The notes: generated from the sequence alone by a model not told the origin. A stretch of 64,000 nucleotides of DNA from Agathobacter sp. (GCA_017623935.1 JAGAOC010000001.1:6168-70167), one strand, 5' to 3'; positions 19,088-28,581 are shown, counted from the stretch's first letter. Numbers and translations: made by a program.

Positions 19088-20461
19088 ATGAGAGAAAAAG
19101 CTTCAGGGAATAAGTTTGAAATGGATATGTGCAGTGGTTCCATTTTGAAGAAACTGCTGTTATTTTGTATTCCATTGATGTTTTCAAGTGTGTTGCAGTT
19201 GTTATTTAATGCGGCAGACGTGATCGTAGTAGGAAAATTTGCAGGGGATGAGGCATTAGCAGCAGTAGGTTCTAATACAGCGCTGATCAATCTTCTGGTG
19301 AATTTCTTCATGGGATTATCGATTGGTGCTAATGTACTGGTAGCAAGATTCTATGGAGCAAAGCAGGAAAAGGCCTTATCAGAGACTGTTCATACGGCAA
19401 TGCTCTTAAGTATACTTAGTGGGATTTTTTTGACTATCGTGGGATTTTTAGGGGCTAGACAGCTTTTAGAATGGATGCAGACCCCGGAAAATGTCATTGA
19501 CCTGTCGGCTGTTTATCTTCGGATCTATTTCTTAGGAATGACAGCTAATATGGTCTACAATTTCGGAAGTGCCATCCTAAGAGCGGTGGGAGACACCCGG
19601 CGGCCTTTATATTTTCTGATGGCAGCAGGAGTCATCAATGTCATACTGAATTTAGTCTTTGTGGTCATCTTTAAGATGAGTGTAGCAGGAGTTGCACTGG
19701 CAACAGTGATCTCTGAGTGTATTTCTGCAGGTTTGATCGTTTATTGTCTGATCAAGGGGCAGGGAAGTATCCGTTTGAATCTTAAGGAACTTCGGATCAT
19801 GCCGGACAAGCTGTTGCAGATCGTAAGGATTGGATTACCTGCCAGTTTTCAGGGAATGTTATTCTCTTTTTCTAATGTGATCATTCAGTCTTCGGTTAAT
19901 TCCTTTGGAGCTATTGTGGTGGCTGGAAATTCTGCAGCAGCTAATATAGAAGGCTTTGTGTATGTTTCCATGAACGCCTTTCATCAGGGCACCATCTCCT
20001 TTGTCAGTCAGAATATGGGAGCTGGAAAATACAACCGGATCAATAAGATCGTGTTGACGGCGCAATTATGCGTGGTTACTGTGGGAATCCTACTGGGGAA
20101 TCTGGCAGTGTATTTTGGAGAACCGCTCCTTCGCTTGTATACCTCAAGCCCGGATGTTGTGACAGCCGGAATCAAAAGAATGGCTGTGGTCTGCGGAACT
20201 TATGCGCTCTGTGGTATGATGGATACCATGGTAGGGGCTTTAAGAGGATTAGGATATTCTGTTATGCCAATGCTGGTATCTTTGGTTGGAGCCTGTGGCC
20301 TGCGGTTGTTTTGGATCTTTACCTTCTTTAAATTGCCGCAATTCCATAATATCAGTTCTTTGTATTGGACCTATCCGGTGAGCTGGTTTTTGACCTTTTC
20401 CGCCCATGTGATCTGCTTTATTGTGATCCGCAGGCACTTGAAGAAGAGATGGGGAGAATAA
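19088..20461 (+). CDS. MATE family efflux transporter
   Basis: Motifs LQLLFNAADVIVVG, YNFGSAILRAVGDTRRP and GVALATVIS; probable start MREKAS at 19088. Confidence 0.93.
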   Translation: MREKASGNKFEMDMCSGSILKKLLLFCIPLMFSSVLQLLFNAADVIVVGKFAGDEALAAVGSNTALINLLVNFFMGLSIGANVLVARFYGAKQEKALSETVHTAMLLSILSGIFLTIVGFLGARQLLEWMQTPENVIDLSAVYLRIYFLGMTANMVYNFGSAILRAVGDTRRPLYFLMAAGVINVILNLVFVVIFKMSVAGVALATVISECISAGLIVYCLIKGQGSIRLNLKELRIMPDKLLQIVRIGLPASFQGMLFSFSNVIIQSSVNSFGAIVVAGNSAAANIEGFVYVSMNAFHQGTISFVSQNMGAGKYNRINKIVLTAQLCVVTVGILLGNLAVYFGEPLLRLYTSSPDVVTAGIKRMAVVCGTYALCGMMDTMVGALRGLGYSVMPMLVSLVGACGLRLFWIFTFFKLPQFHNISSLYWTYPVSWFLTFSAHVICFIVIRRHLKKRWGE

Positions 20462-20497
20462 GCATAGAAGAAATAAAAATTGCATTGTTAGGTGCAT

Positions 20498-20531
20498 AAA
20501 AAAGGCGATCGCTATTGCGACCGCCTTTTTT
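20498..20531. terminator. Bidirectional terminator
   Basis: AAAAAAGGCGATCGC-tatt-GCGACCGCCTTTTTT between convergent genes. Confidence 0.8.
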
Positions 20532-20608
20532 ATGCGCAGCGCGCGGAGGAGAAGTTTATTGCTTCGCAATACCGCTCGCGCGCGGAGATTGCGCGGAGCG
20601 CAATCTTT
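20530..20608. repeat. 79-bp dispersed structured repeat (REP/MITE-like), copy A
   Basis: 75/79 identical to 58332-58410; GC-rich with nested hairpins. Confidence 0.85.
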
Positions 20609-20634
20609 GCTTATTATATGTTATGTTTTGGGGA

Positions 20635-23370
20635 TTAGTATGTTGCTACACCCTTATTAACGCGCCAGTAATGTCCGTTATAATAGCGATATCCGGTGTA
20701 GTTCCAGTTAACAGTACCGCCGCTAACGTAATACCAGGTTCCGTTATATTTGCATAATCCATAATAAGAGGTATGAACACCATTTTTGATGTAATACCAG
20801 GTTCCGTTATATTTACATAATCCGGTATAGCTGAAGTTTGCTTTACCGCTCTTTACATAGTATAAGCTGTTGCCATATTTGCAAAGTCCTGTGTATTTGG
20901 AATTTAAAGAACCTTTGCTCATATAGTACCAGGTTCCGTTGTATTTAGCGAGACCTGTGTAATTGAATTTAACAATACCATTCTGTACAGCATACCAGGT
21001 TCCGTTGTATTTGCATAAACCTGAGTAACCAAAATCAACAGATCCTTTGTTTACATAGTACCAGCTGCTGCCGTATTTGCAGAGACCGGTATAGCCCCAG
21101 TTAAGGACACCTTTTTTAACATAGTACCAGCTGCCTTCGTATTTAGAAAGACCGGTGTATTTCCACTGAACAACACCATCGCTTACATGATACCAAGATC
21201 CATTGTATTTGCAAAGGGTAGTTGCATTAAAGTTAACTTTACCTTTGTTAACATAGTACCAAGTTCCTTTGTACTGGCAAAGAGTAGTTGCATTAAAGTT
21301 AACTTTACCGTTCTGTACGTAATACCATCCGCCGTTGTAGCTGCAAAGTCCGGTATAACTCCAATCGATAGAACCGTTTTTCATGTAGAACCAGCTACCA
21401 TTATTAGAAGATAAACCAGTGTATCCGAAGACTACTTTTCCTTTCTGGATGTGCCACCAGGAACCGTTGTATTTAAAGAGTCCTGTGTAGCTGGTATCTA
21501 CCATACTATCTTTTACATAGTACCAGGTATTGCCGTATTTTACTAAGGTATTGGTGTTATAGAATACATAACCGTTTTCGTAATAATACCAAGTACCGCT
21601 GATGTTCTTTAATCCTGTGTAGCCGCTTTCAAGCCATGGAGCAGCAATCTTAAATGTATTGCCTTTCTCTTCTGCATAATCCTGAGTAGCAGAATCAGCA
21701 TCACCGTAGAGAGTTATATAGTCGTCGAAAGCTGGATACCAACCAGCAGAGATGGTAACAACGCTGCTTGGGATTCGGATGGAACGAAGACTTGGGGTAT
21801 TATCAAATGCGTATGCGTAAATAGTTACGATACTTTCTCCAAGTTTTACAGTCTTTAAGCTGATACAGTCTTTAAATGCGGAATCTGGAATAGAGACCAG
21901 GTTTCCAAGCATAGTTGCAGAGGTTAGGGAATCACAACTGCAAAATACACGGTATCCCATAGTTGTTACATTCTCAGGAATGACAATAGAAGTCAGGCTG
22001 TCACAGTTGTTAAATGCATAGTCGCCGATGCTTACTAAGGTGCTTGGAAGGGATACTGACTGCAATGCTTTACAATTAATAAAGGCACTGCGGTGAATAT
22101 TTACAAGACCTTCACCGATCTTAACGGTCTTTAAGGCGTCATCATTATCAAAAGCACATTCACCGATATAAGATACAGTTCCTGGAATGGTAATACTGCT
22201 TAATTTATCACAATCATAAAATGCTTTATAGTTAATGGCACCTACTCCGGAAGGCATATCTACACTGGTCAGACTGGCACAGCTTTGGAATGCATGCGCA
22301 CTGACTGCTTCCAAATTCTTGGAAAGTTTCACAGTCTTTAATTTGTCACAATAAATAAATGTTCCGTCGCTAATGGTTGTTACGCTGGAAGGAAGTGTCA
22401 TGGTGGTCAAAGAGTCACATTCTTCAAAACAGTACTCACCAATGGTGGATACAGTAGAAGGAATGGTGATCTTACTTAATGAAGTACAGTTTTTAAATAC
22501 ATAACCATCCAGCTCTGTTAATCCGCTATTTAAGGTTACGGTTGCAAGACTGCTACAGTTCTCAAATGCACCAACTCCTAAGTAAGTAACACTGCCTGGA
22601 ATGGTGATACTTGGAAGGCTGATACATCCATTAAAAGCATATTTATAAACTGCAGTAGCACCATTTTTGATGGTAACGCTTGATAAACTCTTACACTGAT
22701 AAAAGGCTTTGTAAGGAATCGTAGTAACGCTGCTTGAAATGGTAGCAGATTTTAAGTTATCACAATGTTCGAAAACGGAGTCTCCTAAGGTTGCCACATT
22801 ATTTGGCAGTGTGATGGATTTTAAGTTATTACACTCTAAAAAGGCTCCGTCGCCAATCTCGATCAAAGAATTAGGAAGAGTAACGGATTCGATGTTCTCG
22901 CAATAAGAGAATCCGCGGTATCCGATCGAAAGTAGACCATCGGAGAAATTAACTGTTTTTAAGCCTTTACAGTCATTAAATGCGTAATTTCCGATACTGG
23001 ACACAGTAGATGATATTGTTACTGTCTTTAATCCTGGGCAGCTTTCAAAAGCGGCAGCTCCGATCTCGATAACTCCTTCGCTGATGGTCACACTGCGTAA
23101 GGTGCTACAGCTACGGAAGGCACGGGATCCGATGGTTGTTACACCTGATGGGATTACAACATCAGTAGGGGTTCCGGTATAACCGGTTACAACGCCATCC
23201 TCAATTACAAGGCTGGCACTGGCTCCAACAGGAATGATCTCCTGTTCGTTCGTTTGTGGTTCGGCAACCGGTACGCTTGTATTTTCTTGTCCAAAAGCTG
23301 TGGCTGGAACAACCAGAACTGCTGCACTAAAAAATACTGCTGCCAGTTGCGCAAAAAATTTTGCTTTCAT
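20635..23370 (-). CDS. BspA-like (TpLRR) leucine-rich-repeat surface protein with C-terminal cell-wall-binding repeats
   Basis: Signal peptide; about 21 repeats of 23 aa (C.SL.SVTIP.SVT.IG..AF); 15 C-terminal repeats of about 22 aa (YTGL.KYNG.WYYV..G.V). Confidence 0.9.
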   Translation of the reverse strand: MKAKFFAQLAAVFFSAAVLVVPATAFGQENTSVPVAEPQTNEQEIIPVGASASLVIEDGVVTGYTGTPTDVVIPSGVTTIGSRAFRSCSTLRSVTISEGVIEIGAAAFESCPGLKTVTISSTVSSIGNYAFNDCKGLKTVNFSDGLLSIGYRGFSYCENIESVTLPNSLIEIGDGAFLECNNLKSITLPNNVATLGDSVFEHCDNLKSATISSSVTTIPYKAFYQCKSLSSVTIKNGATAVYKYAFNGCISLPSITIPGSVTYLGVGAFENCSSLATVTLNSGLTELDGYVFKNCTSLSKITIPSTVSTIGEYCFEECDSLTTMTLPSSVTTISDGTFIYCDKLKTVKLSKNLEAVSAHAFQSCASLTSVDMPSGVGAINYKAFYDCDKLSSITIPGTVSYIGECAFDNDDALKTVKIGEGLVNIHRSAFINCKALQSVSLPSTLVSIGDYAFNNCDSLTSIVIPENVTTMGYRVFCSCDSLTSATMLGNLVSIPDSAFKDCISLKTVKLGESIVTIYAYAFDNTPSLRSIRIPSSVVTISAGWYPAFDDYITLYGDADSATQDYAEEKGNTFKIAAPWLESGYTGLKNISGTWYYYENGYVFYNTNTLVKYGNTWYYVKDSMVDTSYTGLFKYNGSWWHIQKGKVVFGYTGLSSNNGSWFYMKNGSIDWSYTGLCSYNGGWYYVQNGKVNFNATTLCQYKGTWYYVNKGKVNFNATTLCKYNGSWYHVSDGVVQWKYTGLSKYEGSWYYVKKGVLNWGYTGLCKYGSSWYYVNKGSVDFGYSGLCKYNGTWYAVQNGIVKFNYTGLAKYNGTWYYMSKGSLNSKYTGLCKYGNSLYYVKSGKANFSYTGLCKYNGTWYYIKNGVHTSYYGLCKYNGTWYYVSGGTVNWNYTGYRYYNGHYWRVNKGVATY

Positions 23371-23548
23371 AGCAATCTCCTTTCATTAATAATTCCCTTT
23401 TATATGGAAATATTTAGATATAGAGACATGATACCAAGGAAATTATGCAGAGTCAACTAATAATAAGAAAGAGGCTTGAAAAAATTATACATTTTGACAA
23501 AAATAGTTCCGAAAAAATCGCATATTTCTACTTACAGTTCTCTTTTTT

Positions 23549-23671
23549 ATGGTATAATGTCGCTAGACATTATACCGCGCCGAAGTGCGCATAGGAAGCC
23601 ATGCGATAGCATGTGCGAAGCACATGGTATAATAGAAGGAAGTATAAGACTGCGCAAAAGTGCACATAGGA
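23549..23671. repeat. 75-bp-period tandem duplication with multiple hairpins in a divergent promoter region
   Basis: ATGGTATAAT at 23549 and 23624; GCGC..AAGTGC.CATAGGA at 23577 and 23652; perfect 11-bp hairpin at 23551-23576. Confidence 0.65.
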
Positions 23672-23678
23672 GGCTGGA

Positions 23679-25097
23679 ATGAAGAAGAAACGTAATCCTC
23701 TGCAAGTGGGACTGAAACTGAATATCTTTGACAGGTGTCTGATTTTTATCGTGTCTTTTCTGATTCTTGTAGTGTTGATCGTTTCTCACGTATTTACTTA
23801 TAATGCGAAAGAAAACCAGCTGGATCTGATCAATATGGTCATGGAGAAAATGGCAGTCAATCAAAAGACGCAGTTTGAGAATTATATAGACGATAAGATT
23901 CAGGTATTAGAAGCATTGGCGACTTATCCGGATATATATAATATGAAGGAAGAGGAACAGAATGCGTTTTTGGGAAACCGCGCAGAAGATTTAGGGTTTC
24001 ACCATTTGTTTATCATGAATACCAACGGAATCGGGTATTATATTGATGAGAATGTGCATAGAAATCAGAACAATGATCCTTTTTTCTTTGATATCATGCA
24101 GAATGAAGTGTTCGTAACAGAACCTTTTTTCATGAATGAGAATGTTTCCATTATGACAGCTTGTGTGTCAATTTACGATACCACCGGAGAAAAAGTAGGA
24201 GTTCTTTGCGGAGCCATCAGTTTGGAGAACATTCAGGAAATGATCCAGAATCATGAAATGATCCTGCACGGAGAGAGTTTTATCTTAAATCGTGATGGAA
24301 ATTTTATTACTTTTCAGGAAGATGGGAAAACTTACGAATCCATTTATGATACACCGGATTCGGAGCTGTCATTGATCAAAAGTTCTTTCCGGGATGAAAA
24401 GGATCTGGAAGGAGTCATTACTTTAGCGGGAGTAAAATATCAGGGACATTTTACGTATTTGCCGGATTACAATTGGGTTATCGTGCAATGTATCCCGTTA
24501 GCAGAGATTACCGGGCGATTTGAATACATGACTATTTTTCAGGGAATCCTCATATTCTTGGCAATTGCGCTGATCTGTTGTATCCTTCGTATCGTTTATT
24601 GCTGGAAGAAGAGTGACAAGAGGATATATACCGACACGCTGACGAAGGGAAATAACAGAGCTGCCTGTGTGAGTATGATGGAATCCTTGGAGAAAAAGCA
24701 AAATTCCAAGATCGCAGTCATCTATATGGATCTGAATAATTTTAAAATGGTCAATGATACCTACGGACATGAAAAAGGAGATGAACTTCTCTGTATTTTC
24801 AATAGTGCTTTGGAGCAGATCTTTGGAAAGATCGGTTTTGTAGGAAGAATGGGCGGAGATGAATTTCTTGCCATATTATTGGACGCTTCTGAGGAAGAAG
24901 TGGAAGAATTATGTCAGCAGGTGGAAGCAATTCTTGCAGAGAGAAGCCAGGAATTGAATATTTCTTATGTGATCTCTTCTTCTTATGGATTTTATATTAG
25001 GGAAAAGGGAGAGAAAGCCAGTCTTCAGGAAGTGATGGAGAAGGCGGACGAGAGAATGTATGAATATAAGATAGAACATAAACAGGGCAAAAATTGA
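23679..25097 (+). CDS. Membrane diguanylate cyclase with Cache sensor domain
   Basis: Two TM helices flanking a Cache-like region; DLNNFKMVNDTYGHEKGD and GRMGGDEF motifs; no RxxD I-site. Confidence 0.9.
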   Translation: MKKKRNPLQVGLKLNIFDRCLIFIVSFLILVVLIVSHVFTYNAKENQLDLINMVMEKMAVNQKTQFENYIDDKIQVLEALATYPDIYNMKEEEQNAFLGNRAEDLGFHHLFIMNTNGIGYYIDENVHRNQNNDPFFFDIMQNEVFVTEPFFMNENVSIMTACVSIYDTTGEKVGVLCGAISLENIQEMIQNHEMILHGESFILNRDGNFITFQEDGKTYESIYDTPDSELSLIKSSFRDEKDLEGVITLAGVKYQGHFTYLPDYNWVIVQCIPLAEITGRFEYMTIFQGILIFLAIALICCILRIVYCWKKSDKRIYTDTLTKGNNRAACVSMMESLEKKQNSKIAVIYMDLNNFKMVNDTYGHEKGDELLCIFNSALEQIFGKIGFVGRMGGDEFLAILLDASEEEVEELCQQVEAILAERSQELNISYVISSSYGFYIREKGEKASLQEVMEKADERMYEYKIEHKQGKN

Positions 25098-25135
25098 TCA
25101 TATATGGATAAGATCGACTATAATAAGGAAAGAAT

Positions 25136-25864
25136 ATGGACAAGAAATTAGATTCAAAAGTAATACATCCCGTGGCAGTGATCCATACGGAATTTCCGGA
25201 GAAATTCGGAATCCCAAGACAGAGCGGGCTTGTTTCCTCTCTTCGGGGGAAGATCCTTTTTGAGCCGGAATACCGCAGTATGGATGCCATAAGGGGAATT
25301 GAAGAATACTCCTACCTTTGGTTGTTATGGGATTTTTCAAAAGCAAAAAAAGAAAATATTTCTCTTACGGTTACACCTCCTAGGTTGGGGGGGAAGGTGA
25401 GAAAAGGTGTATTTGCTGCGAGATCCCCTTTTCGTCCTAATGGGATCGGTTTGTCTTCTGTGAAGTTAGAAGAAGTCTATCTGGATGAAAAGGAAGGACC
25501 GGTCTTGATCGTGTCTGGGGCAGATCTGATGGATAAAACCCCTATTTATGATATAAAACCCTATCTGCCTTATACAGACAGTCATCCGGAGGCGAAGGGA
25601 AGTTTTGGGGAAGAGCACAAAGAAGACTCCATTCCGGTGGATTTTCCGGAGGAATTATTGTTAAGATTGCCGGAAGATTTAAGAGAAAGTGCTTGTGAGG
25701 TACTTGCGCAGGATCCGAGAGCGGCTTATAATAAAAAACCGGAGTATGTCTATGGTATGGCATTTTCAGGATATGATATTCGTTTTACCGTAGAAGATCA
25801 GGTACTCCATGTAAAAGATGTGGTTCATACATTAGATGGACACTGTACAAAAGTAAAAGGGTAA
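25136..25864 (+). CDS. tsaA: tRNA (N6-threonylcarbamoyladenosine-37) methyltransferase TrmO/TsaA
   Basis: Motifs EKFGIPRQSGL, GVFAARSPFRPNGIGLS and TPIYDIKPYLPY. Confidence 0.9.
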   Translation: MDKKLDSKVIHPVAVIHTEFPEKFGIPRQSGLVSSLRGKILFEPEYRSMDAIRGIEEYSYLWLLWDFSKAKKENISLTVTPPRLGGKVRKGVFAARSPFRPNGIGLSSVKLEEVYLDEKEGPVLIVSGADLMDKTPIYDIKPYLPYTDSHPEAKGSFGEEHKEDSIPVDFPEELLLRLPEDLRESACEVLAQDPRAAYNKKPEYVYGMAFSGYDIRFTVEDQVLHVKDVVHTLDGHCTKVKG

Positions 25865-25888
25865 TTGTAAGATAAAGGAGAAGATACA

Positions 25889-26413
25889 ATGAAGAGAGTA
25901 GAAGATTATGTAAGAAGTATTCCGGATTTTCCAGAGGAAGGGATCATTTTCCGGGATGTGACCAGTGTCCTGCAGGACGCAGATGGATTACAGCTTGCCA
26001 TTGATGAAATGATGAAATTATTGGATGGAGTAGATTGTGATGTGATCGCAGGAACAGAATCCAGAGGATTTATCTTTGGAATGCCATTAGCTTACCTGTT
26101 AAAGAAACCATTCGTACTGGTCCGGAAAGCCGGCAAACTGCCATGTGAGACCATTTCTAAGACATATGATCTGGAGTACGGTTCTGCTACCATCGAGATC
26201 CATAAAGACGCCATCAAACCAGGTCAGAAAGTAGTTTTGGTAGATGATCTCATCGCAACCGGAGGAACCATGAAAGCAGCTGCAGAGCTGGTGGAAGAAT
26301 TGGGCGGCGAAGTAGTGAAGATGCTGTTTCTTATGGAATTAGCAGGTTTAGAAGGAAGAAAACTTTTAGAAAAGTATGATGTTGCCTCCGTTGTAACTTA
26401 CGAAGGAAAATAG
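25889..26413 (+). CDS. apt: Adenine phosphoribosyltransferase
   Basis: Motifs IPDFPEEGIIFRDVT, ESRGFIFG, YDLEYG and VDDLIATGGT. Confidence 0.96.
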   Translation: MKRVEDYVRSIPDFPEEGIIFRDVTSVLQDADGLQLAIDEMMKLLDGVDCDVIAGTESRGFIFGMPLAYLLKKPFVLVRKAGKLPCETISKTYDLEYGSATIEIHKDAIKPGQKVVLVDDLIATGGTMKAAAELVEELGGEVVKMLFLMELAGLEGRKLLEKYDVASVVTYEGK

Positions 26414-26416
26414 CAT

Positions 26417-26446
26417 ACATACTTATAGACAAATTTATGCATACTA
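26417..26446 (+). promoter_or_regulatory. Sigma-G-like promoter of spoVAD-AE
   Basis: ACATA-18 nt-CATACTA, versus consensus GNATA-N18-CATACTA. Confidence 0.5.
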
Positions 26447-26495
26447 TCTTAAATTGGAAAAATTCTTTTTAGTTTGGAAGAAAAGGAGAGATAGT

Positions 26496-27536
26496 ATGGT
26501 AAAACAGCTTGGAAGTGGGAGTCTCTGTTTTTCGGAGGCTCCTTTTATTGTATCCACAGCTTCGGTGGTGGGAACGAAAGAAGGAGAAGGTCCTTTGGGA
26601 AAACTTTTCGATGTAGTAGGGGAAGATGATAATTTTGGGCAACAGACCTGGGAAGAGGCAGAAAGCAGTCTTCAAAAGGATGCAGTGACGCTGGCTTTAG
26701 GGAAAGCCCATAGAAGACCGGAAGATGTGCGCTATTTATTTGCAGGAGATCTGCTTGGACAGACTATTGCTTCCTCTTTTGGACTGAAAAATTTTGAGAT
26801 CCCAATGTTCGGTTTATACGGGGCTTGTTCCACCTGTGGAGAGTCCTTAGGGCTTGCTTCTATGACTGTGGCAGCAGGCTGTGCAGATATGACGCTGGCG
26901 GTGACTTCCAGCCATTTTGCCAGTGCGGAGAAGCAGTTTCGATTTCCCCTGGAATATGCCAATCAGCGTCCCTTATCAGCTACCTGGACCGTTACAGGAG
27001 GTGCTGCCTTTTTACTGTCCACCCGAGAAAAGGCTGCTTCCATTGGAAAGCCCCTGGCTAGGATTGCCGGTATGACCACCGGAAAGATCGTGGATTACGG
27101 CATCAAGGATTCCATGAATATGGGAGCTGCCATGGCTCCGGCAGCCTGTGATCTTATTGTACGTCATTTACAGGATTTTGAAAGGCAACCTGAGGATTAT
27201 GATAGGATCGTTACAGGAGACTTAGGAACGGTAGGCCAGGAGATCTTAATAAAACTGGTGAAGGAAAAAGGATATGATATCTCCCATGTTCACGAAGACT
27301 GCGGGATCAAGATCTACAATGGAGAAACTCAGGGAACTGGAGCAGGCGGTTCTGGTTGTGGCTGTGCAGCAGTGACTTTAAGTGCTCATTATTTAAAGCA
27401 GATATCCGAGGGAAACTTCAAACGGATCCTATTTGTACCAACGGGCGCTTTAATGTCCCCTACCAGCTTTAATGAGGGACAGAGTGTGCCGGGCATTGCC
27501 CATGGGGTAGTGATCGAATCGGTAGAAGAGAGATAA
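26496..27536 (+). CDS. spoVAD: Stage V sporulation protein AD
   Basis: Motifs KEGEGPLG, GLYGACST, AEKQFRFPLEY, MGAAMAPAA and GGSGCGCAA. Confidence 0.95.
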   Translation: MVKQLGSGSLCFSEAPFIVSTASVVGTKEGEGPLGKLFDVVGEDDNFGQQTWEEAESSLQKDAVTLALGKAHRRPEDVRYLFAGDLLGQTIASSFGLKNFEIPMFGLYGACSTCGESLGLASMTVAAGCADMTLAVTSSHFASAEKQFRFPLEYANQRPLSATWTVTGGAAFLLSTREKAASIGKPLARIAGMTTGKIVDYGIKDSMNMGAAMAPAACDLIVRHLQDFERQPEDYDRIVTGDLGTVGQEILIKLVKEKGYDISHVHEDCGIKIYNGETQGTGAGGSGCGCAAVTLSAHYLKQISEGNFKRILFVPTGALMSPTSFNEGQSVPGIAHGVVIESVEER

Positions 27537-27546
27537 GGAGGTTCAT

Positions 27547-27903
27547 ATGGATTATATTCGAGCATTTATAGTGGGAGGCGTTATCTGCGCTCTGGTTCAG
27601 ATCTTAATGGAAAAAACAAAAATGATGCCGGGTAGGATCATGGTGCTCTTAGTATGCTCTGGGGCAGTATTAGGAGCTGTAGGATTTTATGAGCCATTTT
27701 TGGAATGGGCAGGGGCTGGTGCCAGTGTACCCCTGTTAGGATTTGGCAACCTGCTGTGGAAAGGTGTCAAGGAGATGATCGACAAAGAAGGTTTTCTTGG
27801 GATCTTCATGGGAGGATTCAAAGCCTGTGCAGTGGGATTAAGTGCTGCTTTAGTATTTTCGTATCTGGCGTCTCTTATCTTTAAATCCAAGATGAAAAAA
27901 TAA
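27547..27903 (+). CDS. spoVAE: Stage V sporulation protein AE (AEb type)
   Basis: Motifs AFIVGGVICALVQIL and AGAGASVPLLGFGN. Confidence 0.9.
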   Translation: MDYIRAFIVGGVICALVQILMEKTKMMPGRIMVLLVCSGAVLGAVGFYEPFLEWAGAGASVPLLGFGNLLWKGVKEMIDKEGFLGIFMGGFKACAVGLSAALVFSYLASLIFKSKMKK

Positions 27904-27936
27904 TACAAAATAAAAATAGGAAAATAGCTCCATATC

Positions 27937-27980
27937 TTGCACCTTTTTTAAAATGATGGTATTATGAACGGTGTTCACAA
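27937..27980 (+). promoter_or_regulatory. Sigma-A promoter with overlapping palindromic operator (probable TetR autoregulation)
   Basis: TTGCAC-17 nt-TATTAT with an upstream TG; TTATGAAC-ggt-GTTCACAA spans the -10 and start site. Confidence 0.65.
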
Positions 27981-28001
27981 CGTAAAAAGTGAGGAAGATT
28001 G

Positions 28002-28529
28002 ATGAATCATCGTGTAACATCTAAGGACACCATTTTAGAAAAGGCAATGGAGATCGCCTTATCTTCCGGAATTGACAAGGTCAGTATCCGTAAGATCTCA
28101 AGTGCCTGTGGAATTTCCATTGGGTCCGTTTACAATTATTATAAAGATAAAGAAAGTCTGATCACAGATATTGCAGAAGGATTCTGGCAGGATATCTTTA
28201 AAGATCAGGAGCAGTTATATCGGGAAGGAATGCCTTTTACCATGTTTTTGGAACAGTATTATATCCTTTTATATGGAAGACTTTCTCCTTATGATAAGAG
28301 CTGGCTGAAAGAGATGGAAGGCCGGATTCCGGAGAAGACTGCCATTCCTATTATGAGGAAGGTACTGGACAAGGATACTCGGATCAATGGTTCTATCTGG
28401 AATATGGAGTTAAATGAAGACGCTTTTTGCGAATATGTCTTCATTAATATCATGGCGTTGCTTCGAGCCGGAGAGAATAATTGCAGATTTTTTATTTTTT
28501 TATTAGAACATTTATTATATGATGAATAA
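28002..28529 (+). CDS. TetR/AcrR family transcriptional regulator
   Basis: Helix-turn-helix SIRKISSACGISIGSVYNYYKDKESL. Confidence 0.9.
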   Translation: MNHRVTSKDTILEKAMEIALSSGIDKVSIRKISSACGISIGSVYNYYKDKESLITDIAEGFWQDIFKDQEQLYREGMPFTMFLEQYYILLYGRLSPYDKSWLKEMEGRIPEKTAIPIMRKVLDKDTRINGSIWNMELNEDAFCEYVFINIMALLRAGENNCRFFIFLLEHLLYDE

Positions 28530-28553
28530 AAATGGATCTGTTTTGTCATACTA
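28524..28553 (+). promoter_or_regulatory. Sigma-G (forespore) promoter
   Basis: GAATA-18 nt-CATACTA, matching the Bacillus sigma-G consensus. Confidence 0.7.
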
Positions 28554-28581
28554 TTCTCAAAAACAAAAAGGAGAAGATTGT

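Noticed and set aside
20515-20757. Short ORFs here and at 58240-58476 sharing the peptide CAARGEEVYCFAIPLARGDC
   Set aside because: They are translations of the non-coding 79-bp repeat, lack an RBS and run antisense into real genes.
20635-21624. Regular 66-bp periodicity resembling a CRISPR array
   Set aside because: The units are degenerate at synonymous positions and translate as in-frame protein repeats; there is no invariant repeat with unique spacers and no cas genes.
23380-23678. Possible c-di-GMP-I riboswitch at the adhesin/diguanylate cyclase junction
   Set aside because: No GGCAAA...GAAA...GACGCAAA arrangement was seen on either strand.
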